A stretch of DNA of 57,842 nt from a virus, in the IMG/VR virus record IMGVR_UViG_3300038856_000076, positions 1-57,842 of that record. The stretch is one strand, 5' to 3'. Made by a program: the position numbers and the translations under genes. Each line of letters opens with the position of its first letter. Positions within the stretch are counted from its first letter, which is position 1. Positions 47,362 to 56,190 of the stretch are shown piece after piece. The notes beneath the pieces were generated by a model, which was not told where the DNA came from, searched no databases, and was given only the letters and a program-made list of their open reading frames with translations.

Positions 47362-47646
47362 TTGAAGCAACCATTTTCGGTTGCCATACGTCAGATAACC
47401 ACTTTATGCCCCTTCTGGGTCTTGATCTCATTGGCAATGGCAGGTATACTGGTATATAGTGACAAAACAATGAAAAATTGGGTTATTTTACTCGGGATTT
47501 GGATGTTTCAACCATCCTATTATTCTGGTCAAGCACCGGTGCGCCCGCAAGTGGTTGCCGAACAGCGACCTTACTATAATGGAGCGTACAATTGGAATCA
47601 TATCTGGATTGGCGGTAACCATATGTATTTTTTTGAGGGTTGGTAA
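47362..47646 (+). CDS. hypothetical membrane protein
   Basis: 94 aa with two hydrophobic helices (FWVLISLAMAGILVY; WVILLGIWMF). Confidence 0.4.
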   Translation: MKQPFSVAIRQITTLCPFWVLISLAMAGILVYSDKTMKNWVILLGIWMFQPSYYSGQAPVRPQVVAEQRPYYNGAYNWNHIWIGGNHMYFFEGW

Positions 47647-47984
47647 TGACAACTACTATTTCGGCAGAACAAGCATTGGACTTAGCACAATACACATTGG
47701 ATCATATTCGTCAACGTCGTGGAGCGTCATGGCGTAAATTGATCAAAAAGCATCAAGCTAAAAGGGCTCGACTTCGACATTGGTTTGGTTGGTTTGGTTG
47801 GTATGCTCCTCTGACAGACAAAGAGACAAAACGACGAATCATATTAGATACAAACGGAATTACACCTGATTTGCATTATTTCTATCAGTACGAAGAAGCG
47901 AAACGCTTGAAGTTTCTCGCTTTGTATTCCAATTCTCCCGTGACGATTTCAGCAAAATCTTACAGCACCATTTTAGGAGTTTAA
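47640..47984 (+). CDS. hypothetical protein
   Basis: 114-aa ORF. Confidence 0.4.
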   Translation: MVMTTTISAEQALDLAQYTLDHIRQRRGASWRKLIKKHQAKRARLRHWFGWFGWYAPLTDKETKRRIILDTNGITPDLHYFYQYEEAKRLKFLALYSNSPVTISAKSYSTILGV

Positions 47985-47985
47985 G

Positions 47986-48234
47986 ATGTCCGACACCTTC
48001 AGTGATAATTATGATTTAGAGTGGGGAACAGCTTCCGCTCGTCAAGACATTGATGATCGTCTGGGCGTAATATACGAGATAGTTAATGATGTTGTTCTTG
48101 GTAGAAAACCACCAATCTACATTCAAGATTTGGTGTATATGGACAACCTGTCGGAAGAAATCACCGCCACTCTCACTGAACAAGAGTGGCGATTACTTCG
48201 CTTTGCTCTGAAACGGGCGCAGGAGTCATTATGA
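47986..48234 (+). CDS. hypothetical protein
   Basis: 82-aa ORF. A GGAG RBS lies upstream. Confidence 0.45.
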   Translation: MSDTFSDNYDLEWGTASARQDIDDRLGVIYEIVNDVVLGRKPPIYIQDLVYMDNLSEEITATLTEQEWRLLRFALKRAQESL

Positions 48235-48482
48235 CACATCAACTAGTCAAAGTTCGATGGAAAGATAGCGTTCAGTCCCAACCTGAGTGGCAGTATATCG
48301 AAGACCTTAATGAATTAGAACCTGTGGAATACATCTCAGTAGGATGGGTGGTTCAAGAATCGTCGCAGAGTGTCAGTCTAATGCCAAATATTGGTCTCAG
48401 CGAACCATTACAAGGTTCAGGATTGATTACCATTCCAATGGACGCTGTCATTGAGATCGAAAATTTGGGTGAATCAAAATGA
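48231..48482 (+). CDS. hypothetical protein
   Basis: The start is moved to ATG at 48231 (MTHQLVKV…). This gives an ATGA overlap, with AGGAG upstream. Confidence 0.45.
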   Translation: MTHQLVKVRWKDSVQSQPEWQYIEDLNELEPVEYISVGWVVQESSQSVSLMPNIGLSEPLQGSGLITIPMDAVIEIENLGESK

Positions 48483-48685
48483 AAAATTGGTGGTACATAC
48501 TTGTTGAGTTGGGCACATTTGCCTCTGGCTGTGCAACATTTTTAGTCACCTTTGCATGGCTTATTGGGTCGTGGTATGCAGAATATTTCTTAGACTTCTC
48601 GCCAGTAATCGGTATGCTAGCCATGTTTGCTATCTTTGCCACCCTTTTCAAAATAACTGAGTATGTTGCTTCCCGATCCAACTGA
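48479..48685 (+). CDS. small membrane protein
   Basis: 68 aa with two TM helices. Confidence 0.4.
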   Translation: MKNWWYILVELGTFASGCATFLVTFAWLIGSWYAEYFLDFSPVIGMLAMFAIFATLFKITEYVASRSN

Positions 48686-48857
48686 GCGTGGCAGAGATGT
48701 CATCGAACAATGGTGGTTTGACAATGTGAAGGGTGACACCTTTACATGTGATTGCGGGCAATCCTGCAAATTGAATGATGCAATGACACTATCACCTGAC
48801 CCTTATGCAATTCCCGTGTGCTATGATTGTTTCAAAGCCGCGATAATCGATGAGTAG
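48663..48857 (+). CDS. small Cys-containing protein
   Basis: 64 aa with CDCGQSC…CYDC motifs. Confidence 0.4.
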   Translation: MLLPDPTERGRDVIEQWWFDNVKGDTFTCDCGQSCKLNDAMTLSPDPYAIPVCYDCFKAAIIDE

Positions 48858-48983
48858 GGCGAAGATCGATGCGGGAATTCATGTGTTAAAGACAGGTGAT
48901 CTTCGGATTCGATGTGACAACCCGGTGCTTGATGTAAGCTTTCAGATTAAAGTACCTTTGACTCGGTTAATGTAGTAATTCAA

Positions 48984-49244
48984 ATGTTACTTGGAATGGT
49001 AGCCCTAATGCAAAAACTTGATTCTAAAGATTTTGAGAAAGCAGTCGATGCACTTCGACACCTAACCCTTAAAATGCAGGCTCATGGTGATATGGGTATG
49101 GTACAATTACGTAATTCGATGTATCTCTTCTCACAGTCTGTGAATAAGATGCAACGAATCTTAGGAATGCAGGCAGAAAACGATTACAGACAAGCATGTG
49201 GCGACCAAGTCGCCTACACAGAGGAGGATTTTCTTGATGTTTAG
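48984..49244 (+). CDS. hypothetical protein
   Basis: 86-aa ORF that follows a 126-nt intergenic gap. Confidence 0.4.
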   Translation: MLLGMVALMQKLDSKDFEKAVDALRHLTLKMQAHGDMGMVQLRNSMYLFSQSVNKMQRILGMQAENDYRQACGDQVAYTEEDFLDV

Positions 49245-49509
49245 ATTCATCTTGTACCGTTTGTGGTGGCTTGGTCGGCGACCCCGTATCGTGTCGAAGC
49301 ATATAGGACGTTATGTCCGAGTTCAAATGGATCACAATGTGATTGATGGTATCGTTGTTGCTGTATATGGACCAAATAATTTTCTGTTTTATGCCATTGA
49401 TTCAATAGCACACGGAAATCTACATTGTGATCCATCACGACATTATCCGACCCATCTCGGCTACTTTGTGGCACGGGAACGAGGATTACCGCACAGGCGA
49501 TGCCGATGA
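49237..49509 (+). CDS. hypothetical protein
   Basis: The start is moved to ATG at 49237 (MFRFILYRLWW…). AGAGGAGGA lies 9 nt upstream. Confidence 0.4.
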   Translation: MFRFILYRLWWLGRRPRIVSKHIGRYVRVQMDHNVIDGIVVAVYGPNNFLFYAIDSIAHGNLHCDPSRHYPTHLGYFVARERGLPHRRCR

Positions 49510-50330
49510 TTCTTGATCTGGACGATAATCCCGTTGACACAATCATCAAAGGTGAAGAGTACAAAGTCCCTTGCGTAAATGGACTTCCTGTAGTGTTACC
49601 TTCGCATGTGGATGAAGGTACTGATGGAAAGACGGCACGTCACTGGCATGTGGATAGGCGGTGGGGTGATACGATGCGACCCTTGGAGTTGTTTTGTCGT
49701 CGTACTGAGCAGCACGTAGGTGGTCGCCAATCATTACAACATAACCTTGATGTGGCGATTGTCAAGGATCAAGGCGAACCCATTGAGTACAACATTCTAC
49801 GGGCTCAATGCACAAATGTCATTGCCACAGGCCAGTTATTCTCTTCGTTGGCCTATCTGTATTTGAAACATGGTACCGAGACATCTAAAGATGGGTTCTG
49901 TGTCCATCACCGTACTCAATTGCAATTTGATACACATCATTCTTGTATGACATGTCCCGCACATGGTCTACGATACAACCGTGACAGTACACCTTTCTAC
50001 AAAGCTCCGTTCTTTGTAAAATTGGCAATCGATCATGTGCTTATGGAGTCTTGTGAATTAACTTCAATGAAGCTCCGATTCCATATGAGTGAGGACATTG
50101 AAATGACAGACTATACTCTGTATTTGATGGACTCGAATGAAAAGATAATTGCATTTTGCGACAATTCAATGCCCTCTCCAATAACACTATCCAAAGATGA
50201 CCATTTTGTAGTCACATTCGGAGCATGGCCATCGTCTGACTTTTGTCCAAGCTTTGCACACAAGTCCGAAGAATGCGAGCAGCCAGTGGAATTTGAAATT
50301 GACATTGAATACAGCTACTTGCCTAACTGA
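49506..50330 (+). CDS. Rieske [2Fe-2S]-like protein, paralog 2
   Basis: CVHHRTQL…(15 aa)…CPAHGLRY. The blocks VLPSHVDEGTDGKTARHWHVDRRWG and AWPSSDFCPSF are shared with paralogs 1 and 3. The start is ATGA-coupled at 49506. Confidence 0.55.
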   Translation: MILDLDDNPVDTIIKGEEYKVPCVNGLPVVLPSHVDEGTDGKTARHWHVDRRWGDTMRPLELFCRRTEQHVGGRQSLQHNLDVAIVKDQGEPIEYNILRAQCTNVIATGQLFSSLAYLYLKHGTETSKDGFCVHHRTQLQFDTHHSCMTCPAHGLRYNRDSTPFYKAPFFVKLAIDHVLMESCELTSMKLRFHMSEDIEMTDYTLYLMDSNEKIIAFCDNSMPSPITLSKDDHFVVTFGAWPSSDFCPSFAHKSEECEQPVEFEIDIEYSYLPN

Positions 50331-50483
50331 ACGAGTTTGTTCGCTTGATAATGATGCCTTGATAGGGATCGAAGACACTAATCCCGAGGATCGGTTAATG
50401 AACGGTGTATTTGATTTACTATACCGAGACTCATTACGAACAGATGCACGTCGAGGAAGCACACCAGGGACAGCCTGGAAAGA

Positions 50484-50858
50484 GTGCCGGGGATGACTAT
50501 CACGCAGAGATACATGGCTGATGCGGTTGCTAGGAAAATTAAACATACGGGTCGATTTCATTCAGGTCTTGCAGGATTCGCTGAATCACATTCACAGCAC
50601 CAAGCCGATATTGAAAAACAAGGACATCATAATTGGGATACTAGGTTTCGGCAACTGCTTAAAAAATATGGTGTTGCTACCGAAGTATGTGCTGAAAGCT
50701 GGCCCGGTCAGCGATTAAAAGAAGCGTGCGATGAATGTGTTCGTTGTTGGTCTCTTACAAGTCATTGGAATGTAGTTTCTGCGAAACACACTGGGTATGC
50801 TTATGACATCAAACGAGGAGCAAACAAAGTTTGGTATGCTACTGGACTTTTTATTTGA
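50484..50858 (+). CDS. hypothetical protein
   Basis: 124-aa ORF that follows a ~150-nt gap. Confidence 0.4.
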   Translation: MPGMTITQRYMADAVARKIKHTGRFHSGLAGFAESHSQHQADIEKQGHHNWDTRFRQLLKKYGVATEVCAESWPGQRLKEACDECVRCWSLTSHWNVVSAKHTGYAYDIKRGANKVWYATGLFI

Positions 50859-51036
50859 TACACTGAGTTTGTTCGTGCTACTTGGTATTATTATACCATG
50901 TAACATGATCATCATAGTTGCACCTTTCTTAGTGTTTTACGCAATGGGTTGGTCGCTTTGGTGTTCGATTGGTCTGGGAATTGCAGTATATGCAATTAGT
51001 ATTCTTGGCACGTGGCACATGAGGAGATACAAATGA
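50836..51036 (+). CDS. small membrane protein
   Basis: An internal ATG start is chosen to reduce overlap. The product has two hydrophobic helices. Confidence 0.35.
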   Translation: MLLDFLFDTLSLFVLLGIIIPCNMIIIVAPFLVFYAMGWSLWCSIGLGIAVYAISILGTWHMRRYK

Positions 51037-51368
51037 TCCAACGAGGCATATATTGCGGTGAAGAGGAACAATTTCGTGGTCGCATTGCAAATATCTGCAT
51101 CAATGGTGAGTATCTGCGGGCTCAATTTGACAAGGGCAAGTTGTGGGAAACCCACAGTCGGTTGGCTTTTCACACCAATGACTGGAAAGTGATTGAAGAT
51201 GATATTGAAGAGGATGATACTCCTCTTTCTTATCCTGCTAAACGTGAACTTTCTTCCAAAGGACTCTTGTGCTTCTTTGGTTTGTATGCTATATTTGTAG
51301 TAGTGTTGACTTTCGTTATTGGGTTGATGTATCAAAGTTCTGTTGCAGGCTGGCTATTCGGCCAATGA
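51033..51368 (+). CDS. hypothetical protein with C-terminal TM helix
   Basis: The start is moved to ATG at 51033 (MIQRGIYCGEE…). This gives an ATGA overlap, with GAGGAG upstream. Confidence 0.45.
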   Translation: MIQRGIYCGEEEQFRGRIANICINGEYLRAQFDKGKLWETHSRLAFHTNDWKVIEDDIEEDDTPLSYPAKRELSSKGLLCFFGLYAIFVVVLTFVIGLMYQSSVAGWLFGQ

Positions 51369-52108
51369 TCAAAACACTTGAAGGAAAACCGACCGACTGT
51401 GTTCTTGCAGGCTACGATTATTTGGTACCGGCAGTACGAGGAATCCCCGTCGTTGTGCCTTCACATGTTGATGAGGGCAATGATGGTAAAACTTCTCGAC
51501 ATTGGCACGTGGATACACGTTGGGGTAATTCATCAAAGCCTAAGCATTATTGGAATAATGAAACCATTGAAAAATTTCAAGTCCACGATGATCTATGGAC
51601 TTTGATTCTTCGGGACGACGGACAGTCTATTGAGTATGAGCGTTTCACTGCCGAAAAATCCTTCATTTGGCCCACGGGAAGTGCTTGGTCGAGTCTCGTA
51701 TGGCTTTATTATCATTTGGGCGATCTACCTGCCAATAATGGATACTGTGTGCATCACCACACTCGCCTTGACAAATGGGAAGATGAATTGGTCTGCCCGT
51801 CGCACGGCATGCGATTCAAAGCCGATGGGTCACCGCGATTTCAAGGTCCCTTCTTTGTTCAGCTAACTTATGGTGACGCTGTCTCTAAAGTACCGGTCAC
51901 ATTTGATCATGAGTTAGAAATTCCTTTCTCAGTCAAAGTTGAAACACGGGCTCGATTGCAATTGATTGATTCTAATCAGGAAATAGTTGTTGAATCATGT
52001 GATTACATTTTGCTGCCACCTGACGGCGAGTCCTACCTGATTGAAATTATTGCTTGGCCCTCGGATATAAATTGTCCTGCTTTTGCAGAGGAATATTCAA
52101 GACCATGA
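51365..52108 (+). CDS. Rieske [2Fe-2S]-like protein, paralog 3
   Basis: The start is moved to ATG at 51365 (MIKTLEGKP…, ATGA-coupled). CVHHHTRL…(13 aa)…CPSHGMRF. The blocks VVPSHVDEGNDGKTSRHWHVDTRWG and AWPSDINCPAF are shared with paralogs 1 and 2. Confidence 0.55.
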   Translation: MIKTLEGKPTDCVLAGYDYLVPAVRGIPVVVPSHVDEGNDGKTSRHWHVDTRWGNSSKPKHYWNNETIEKFQVHDDLWTLILRDDGQSIEYERFTAEKSFIWPTGSAWSSLVWLYYHLGDLPANNGYCVHHHTRLDKWEDELVCPSHGMRFKADGSPRFQGPFFVQLTYGDAVSKVPVTFDHELEIPFSVKVETRARLQLIDSNQEIVVESCDYILLPPDGESYLIEIIAWPSDINCPAFAEEYSRP

Positions 52109-52527
52109 ACGAAAACCAACTCAAATGGGCTGACGCCCTAGAATCCGGCGAGTTCAAGCAGGGACAAAATGCTCTTTGTACTATTCATCCTACGACGAAG
52201 GTCAAAACGTATTGTTGCCTCGGCGTAGCTTGTGAAATTTATCAACGAGAAGTGGGCGACTTGAGCATCGAAGAACATGACATCAATGACATATACGGTA
52301 TGGCCTATGGCATACACTGTATGATCTATGATGACTCAGTTGGTTTACTGCCTGACAAAGTAGCCGAGTGGCTTGACTGTACATATGAGGGGACGTTGAA
52401 TTCTGGGATCGGAGAATCGTGCCTTGAATGCAACGATGTCAGACGTGAGTCATTTCAGCAAATTGCCAAGCGTATTAGGGACGGTGAATTGCATGTACTA
52501 AGGAAAGCTAAATTGAACGATGCATAA
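52105..52527 (+). CDS. Cys-rich hypothetical protein
   Basis: ATGA-coupled start (MNENQLKW…). Cys pairs are CCLGVACEIY and CLECND. Confidence 0.45.
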   Translation: MNENQLKWADALESGEFKQGQNALCTIHPTTKVKTYCCLGVACEIYQREVGDLSIEEHDINDIYGMAYGIHCMIYDDSVGLLPDKVAEWLDCTYEGTLNSGIGESCLECNDVRRESFQQIAKRIRDGELHVLRKAKLNDA

Positions 52528-53212
52528 GATCATTTTCCTTGATATCGATGGAGTATTGAAGCCACACCTGGATTCAAAGATTGCCCATCAATGCATGTGG
52601 CAATTGAACAATCTACTTGATCTAACACAAGCAAAGCTAGTCATTTCGTCATCGTGGCGGTACATGGTTCTTGGCGGAAGTATGACGATTGAGGGGTTTG
52701 ATAATTTGCTCTGTACTCATGGTTTACAAAGTTGTTGGAATCCGACAGTGCTAGGCACAACATGCTCAGATGAGGATGCGAAATCACGTGAAGAACAAAT
52801 CCTTGGATGGGTGAAATCTTATGAACCCACACACTGGGTGGCTCTGGATGATATGTCATTGAAACTTGAAAATGCGATTCATGTTGATCCAGTTATCGGT
52901 TTGAGTGGGCGAAATGTTGCCGACGCTGTAGCAATACTGACTGATAGTTTGTTTGATTGGAAAAAGTTAGATTCGCGGCTCCGTGTTGCAATGTCTACAT
53001 TTGCATTGAATGAGACGCGGGAAGAGATTGACTCAGCCGTTGCTTTTTTGTTTCTTCCTGATTCATCGTCTGTAGACATCACATGGGACGACGGCTACCA
53101 TATTGATGTTTATGATGCACGTGACCCATTCCTAATGGCGGACCCGGTCACAGAGATCAATGTTGACAGCCCGCAAGCATTATTGATAGCCGTGAAAGGA
53201 TTATTACAATGA
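52520..53212 (+). CDS. HAD_SAK-like HAD-superfamily protein (RNA-repair-associated type)
   Basis: IIFLDIDGVL is motif I. ISSSWR and VALDD are also present. The C-terminal ~70 aa are paralogous to the C-terminus of the 53304-53855 product. Confidence 0.5.
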   Translation: MHKIIFLDIDGVLKPHLDSKIAHQCMWQLNNLLDLTQAKLVISSSWRYMVLGGSMTIEGFDNLLCTHGLQSCWNPTVLGTTCSDEDAKSREEQILGWVKSYEPTHWVALDDMSLKLENAIHVDPVIGLSGRNVADAVAILTDSLFDWKKLDSRLRVAMSTFALNETREEIDSAVAFLFLPDSSSVDITWDDGYHIDVYDARDPFLMADPVTEINVDSPQALLIAVKGLLQ

Positions 53213-53307
53213 TGCAGCACATGAATCCAAAACTCTGGTGGTACTTCATCAATGCATGGTTAATTGTATTTTGCATCCTATGGCTTCTTAATCGGTGGAT
53301 GCGATGA
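53209..53307 (+). CDS. 32-aa hydrophobic peptide
   Basis: MMQHMNPKLWWYFINAWLIVFCILWLLNRWMR. Both ends are ATGA-coupled to the flanking genes. It is not in the ORF track because it is under 60 aa. Confidence 0.35.
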   Translation: MMQHMNPKLWWYFINAWLIVFCILWLLNRWMR

Positions 53308-53855
53308 CTGAGATTAACGATTTTCTACGAGACCCGGATAACTTTCGTATGTTTTCACGCGAGTATTTGAAACTCCAATTATGCGCGACTGTCGAGCAAT
53401 TAAAATGGGATTTGGGGTGGTCTTGGAAGAAACTGACGAAGAAAATGGGACGTAAGAAAAGTGTCAAGAAACGATTTGTTGAGTGCGAAGCATCCCTTAA
53501 TGATATTGCGGATGCGATGGCGGCAATGCGATACGAATTCTTGATCACGGCCAAAAAATATGATGACCTGTTTGATTGGAGGACTTTGGACCCACGGATC
53601 ATCGTCCAATACACTAGCTTTGCGTTGGATGAGATAAGAGACGAAGAACATTTTGAAGTTGCCAATTTGATTTTGCCCGGCCCCTTACAAGTCGATATTC
53701 ATTGGAAAACATCTGAAGACTTGAAAGACTATAGTGACAGTGACAGTGACTGTATTGATAATAGTAATGGTGCCTATGTGATTTGGCCCGGTGACATAGA
53801 CTATGTTTGCTATTCATCACGCGAAGTCATTGATTTTATCAAGAGTTTACTATGA
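53304..53855 (+). CDS. hypothetical protein (C-terminal domain paralogous to 52520-53212 C-terminus)
   Basis: Start at ATG 53304. The shared segment is DDLFDWRTLDPRIIVQYTSFALDEIRDEEHFEVANLILPGPLQVDIHW, compared with DSLFDWKKLDSRLRVAMSTFALNETREEIDSAVAFLFLPDSSSVDITW. Confidence 0.45.
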   Translation: MTEINDFLRDPDNFRMFSREYLKLQLCATVEQLKWDLGWSWKKLTKKMGRKKSVKKRFVECEASLNDIADAMAAMRYEFLITAKKYDDLFDWRTLDPRIIVQYTSFALDEIRDEEHFEVANLILPGPLQVDIHWKTSEDLKDYSDSDSDCIDNSNGAYVIWPGDIDYVCYSSREVIDFIKSLL

Positions 53856-54046
53856 AGAAAATTAAGCCACGATACTCAGGGGGTAAATCAACGAAGTTCT
53901 GGAAGATGGTCAACGCTTTGCCCGATAGTGAACAAAATGAATGTTACTCGCTTGGTTGTGCATTACAAGACTTGGAAAGGCGAGTCTTGAGTGCTGTGAA
54001 TAATGCTCGTGAACAATGCAAGCATGCTACTAAGGTGAAACCATGA
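53852..54046 (+). CDS. hypothetical protein
   Basis: 64-aa ORF, ATGA-coupled. Confidence 0.4.
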   Translation: MKKIKPRYSGGKSTKFWKMVNALPDSEQNECYSLGCALQDLERRVLSAVNNAREQCKHATKVKP

Positions 54047-54189
54047 AACTCAGCACAAGCTTTGGCGACTTTAACGTGTCGCATTTTGAGTACAACAAAT
54101 TAAGGTGTGGACACTTCGTGATTGTCTCGGCTGTGATGGTCTCGGAACTTCTTATTGCTCTGAGACAGGTAGACGTATTCATTGCTTAA
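54043..54189 (+). CDS. small hydrophobic protein
   Basis: 48 aa, ATGA-coupled to the upstream gene. It contains the hydrophobic stretch HFVIVSAVMVSELLIAL. Confidence 0.3.
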   Translation: MKLSTSFGDFNVSHFEYNKLRCGHFVIVSAVMVSELLIALRQVDVFIA

Positions 54190-54213
54190 ACTGCGACAAA
54201 GGTAAGAAACTCC

Positions 54214-54348
54214 ATGCTCAAGAGCAGCGTTATAAAACGTTGGCAAGCTGCCTACAAAAAGATTGATATTCAAGTCCGTGTTTTCATTGCTTTTGTAGCA
54301 TTGTTTGCTGTGGTCCTAGCCCTGTCACTCCTGGTACAGAGCCTGTAA
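54214..54348 (+). CDS. small membrane protein
   Basis: 44 aa, ending in a TM helix (VRVFIAFVALFAVVLALSLLV). Confidence 0.3.
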   Translation: MLKSSVIKRWQAAYKKIDIQVRVFIAFVALFAVVLALSLLVQSL

Positions 54349-54446
54349 TGACGTATCCCGAACCCAAGCAACCCGACTATATTGGCATGTGGCTCGCACT
54401 AGTGTTTGTTTGGGTCTTAGTTATTGCAGGGACAGTGCTCCTATGA
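54348..54446 (+). CDS. small membrane peptide
   Basis: 32 aa (MTYPEPKQPDYIGMWLALVFVWVLVIAGTVLL). Overlapping starts and stops on both sides. Confidence 0.25.
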   Translation: MTYPEPKQPDYIGMWLALVFVWVLVIAGTVLL

Positions 54447-54652
54447 AACACATCTTCGACATTCTGGCTTGCTTGATCGTGACACTGAATGTCATGATAG
54501 GTGCTGGTGCTCTATTCTATGTCATCAGCTTATACGTGGATGTTGTGCTTGTTACAGAAATGTTGGAGCCTAAAATCTTTTCACGGTGTCAAGCTACTTC
54601 GTGGCGGCCTTTGTCTATTTATCCATTGTTTGGTGGTCCTGTAATAGGTTGA
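54443..54652 (+). CDS. small membrane protein
   Basis: Start at MKHIFDILACLIV…, ATGA-coupled. Two hydrophobic helices. Length is 69 aa. Confidence 0.35.
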   Translation: MKHIFDILACLIVTLNVMIGAGALFYVISLYVDVVLVTEMLEPKIFSRCQATSWRPLSIYPLFGGPVIG

Positions 54653-54685
54653 CTCGATGATTACAGCATCACAGATTCGAGAAAA

Positions 54686-55141
54686 ATGGATCAAGGAAGA
54701 AGTACAGGCAAAATTGTTACAGTACGGCTTTTGTTCATCACTAGACGACGATCATTTTATAATTTGGATTTAATGAACGCACACGACGCATACCAGATCA
54801 CGTGTAGGGCTATGAATAAGCGACAAGAAGCACAAGCCGCTGCTGACAGACATAAGGCTGAGAAAGCCCAACGTCGGCGCGAGAAGGAATTGAAGAAATA
54901 CCAGCCCGGTCAGTCAAAATGGCGTAAATTGATGAGACTAATCAGGTCTGCGGCAGCAGATGGTAAAACTGAAATCACTTTGGATTATCTCCTACCAGAA
55001 CCCGTCGAAGGTATGCTTCTGGAAAATTCTTTCACTATCACAACTGGCACAAGATTAAAGAAACAATTTTTAACTGGGTGGGGTATAACAATTGCCCCTT
55101 GGGATTACATTCATTGTACGAGGATTGAATGGAAACTTTAA
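54686..55141 (+). CDS. hypothetical protein, member of a local paralog trio
   Basis: A probable true start is at 54773 (MNAHDAYQITCRAM…). The AYxI…WxKxMxxIxxxA…YxxP pattern is shared with the 55604 and 55924 products. Confidence 0.4.
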   Translation: MDQGRSTGKIVTVRLLFITRRRSFYNLDLMNAHDAYQITCRAMNKRQEAQAAADRHKAEKAQRRREKELKKYQPGQSKWRKLMRLIRSAAADGKTEITLDYLLPEPVEGMLLENSFTITTGTRLKKQFLTGWGITIAPWDYIHCTRIEWKL

Positions 55142-55581
55142 CTTACCCGGTCACTGATAAGATTCGGCAAGACGCTATCACAGCGTGGGAGTTCATTCGT
55201 ATCTCAGATCAAATCGACAAACGCATATTACAAGGTCTCTGCGGATTTGTGACTCATATTTCCAAGAAAGCGAATGAGCAACAGATTATGTTTGCTTTTA
55301 GACAGTTTATAATGAGTTACAACCCTATAGATCGGCGTCTTATTGTCACTTGGGACAATCCAATATTTGCTCTCAAGCAAATAATGCAGGAACAGGGTAT
55401 TCGCTGTAATTACCGCCATCGAAAGTCACGATTGTATTTTCGTCTACGTGGCTCTGGTTCGGATTGGTCGGTACATAATGTACATTTGAAAGCTGTCCAA
55501 AAATTGTATCCGTTGGCTTATATAACAACATGTAAGCACAAGGCGGGTATGTTTGATGTAACTATCTGTGTTGATTGGTGA
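55129..55581 (+). CDS. hypothetical protein
   Basis: 150-aa ORF. Confidence 0.45.
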   Translation: METLTYPVTDKIRQDAITAWEFIRISDQIDKRILQGLCGFVTHISKKANEQQIMFAFRQFIMSYNPIDRRLIVTWDNPIFALKQIMQEQGIRCNYRHRKSRLYFRLRGSGSDWSVHNVHLKAVQKLYPLAYITTCKHKAGMFDVTICVDW

Positions 55582-55603
55582 TTTGTTGTTGGGAAATTGA
55601 TGC

Positions 55604-55955
55604 TATGGATGCTGCAAACGCCTATGAAATTGCGAAGGGGGTCGTAGATCAAAGAAATACTGTGGAGGCAAGGGCTGAAGCAGATCAAGTCAAATCGTTT
55701 TTGCCCGGTGGCGAGCAGTGGCACAAGATCATGGTTGCTATCAAAGATGAGGCTATGTGTGGACGATTCATTACCATACTAAAGTATCCAATCCCTGATG
55801 CAACTCGCAAGATTTTGATTCAGCGTGGTTTCTTTGTCCTCGAACATGACGAAGATGAACCAGGGTTATATGTCACTCATAAAATCAAGACAACGGAAAT
55901 CACTTGGCTCAAATTGAAGGTGTATGATAGCGGAAAAAGTGATGCAAGCAAATGA
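55604..55955 (+). CDS. hypothetical protein, paralog trio member
   Basis: Start at MDAANAYEIAKG…. The pattern …WHKIMVAIKDEA…LKYPIP is shared with the other two trio members. Confidence 0.4.
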
Positions 55956-56190
55956 TATCAATGACTGGGTTGCTTCTTTTATGCCCGGTACAACAAAATG
56001 GAACAATATTGTAGCTGCAATTCAAAATTCAGTATACTATCATCAATACTACACTGCATTACCATATCAAATCCCACACACAGTTGCCAATATTTTGAAG
56101 AAACAGGATTTTAGGGTGGTTGAAATTGAAATCGAAGTGGCTCGACCAATGAAACATATTGTCAAACACACGGTACTTCTATGGACTTAA
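55924..56190 (+). CDS. hypothetical protein, paralog trio member
   Basis: …TKWNNIVAAIQNS…ALPYQIP is shared with the 54773 and 55604 products. Confidence 0.4.
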   Translation: MIAEKVMQANDINDWVASFMPGTTKWNNIVAAIQNSVYYHQYYTALPYQIPHTVANILKKQDFRVVEIEIEVARPMKHIVKHTVLLWT

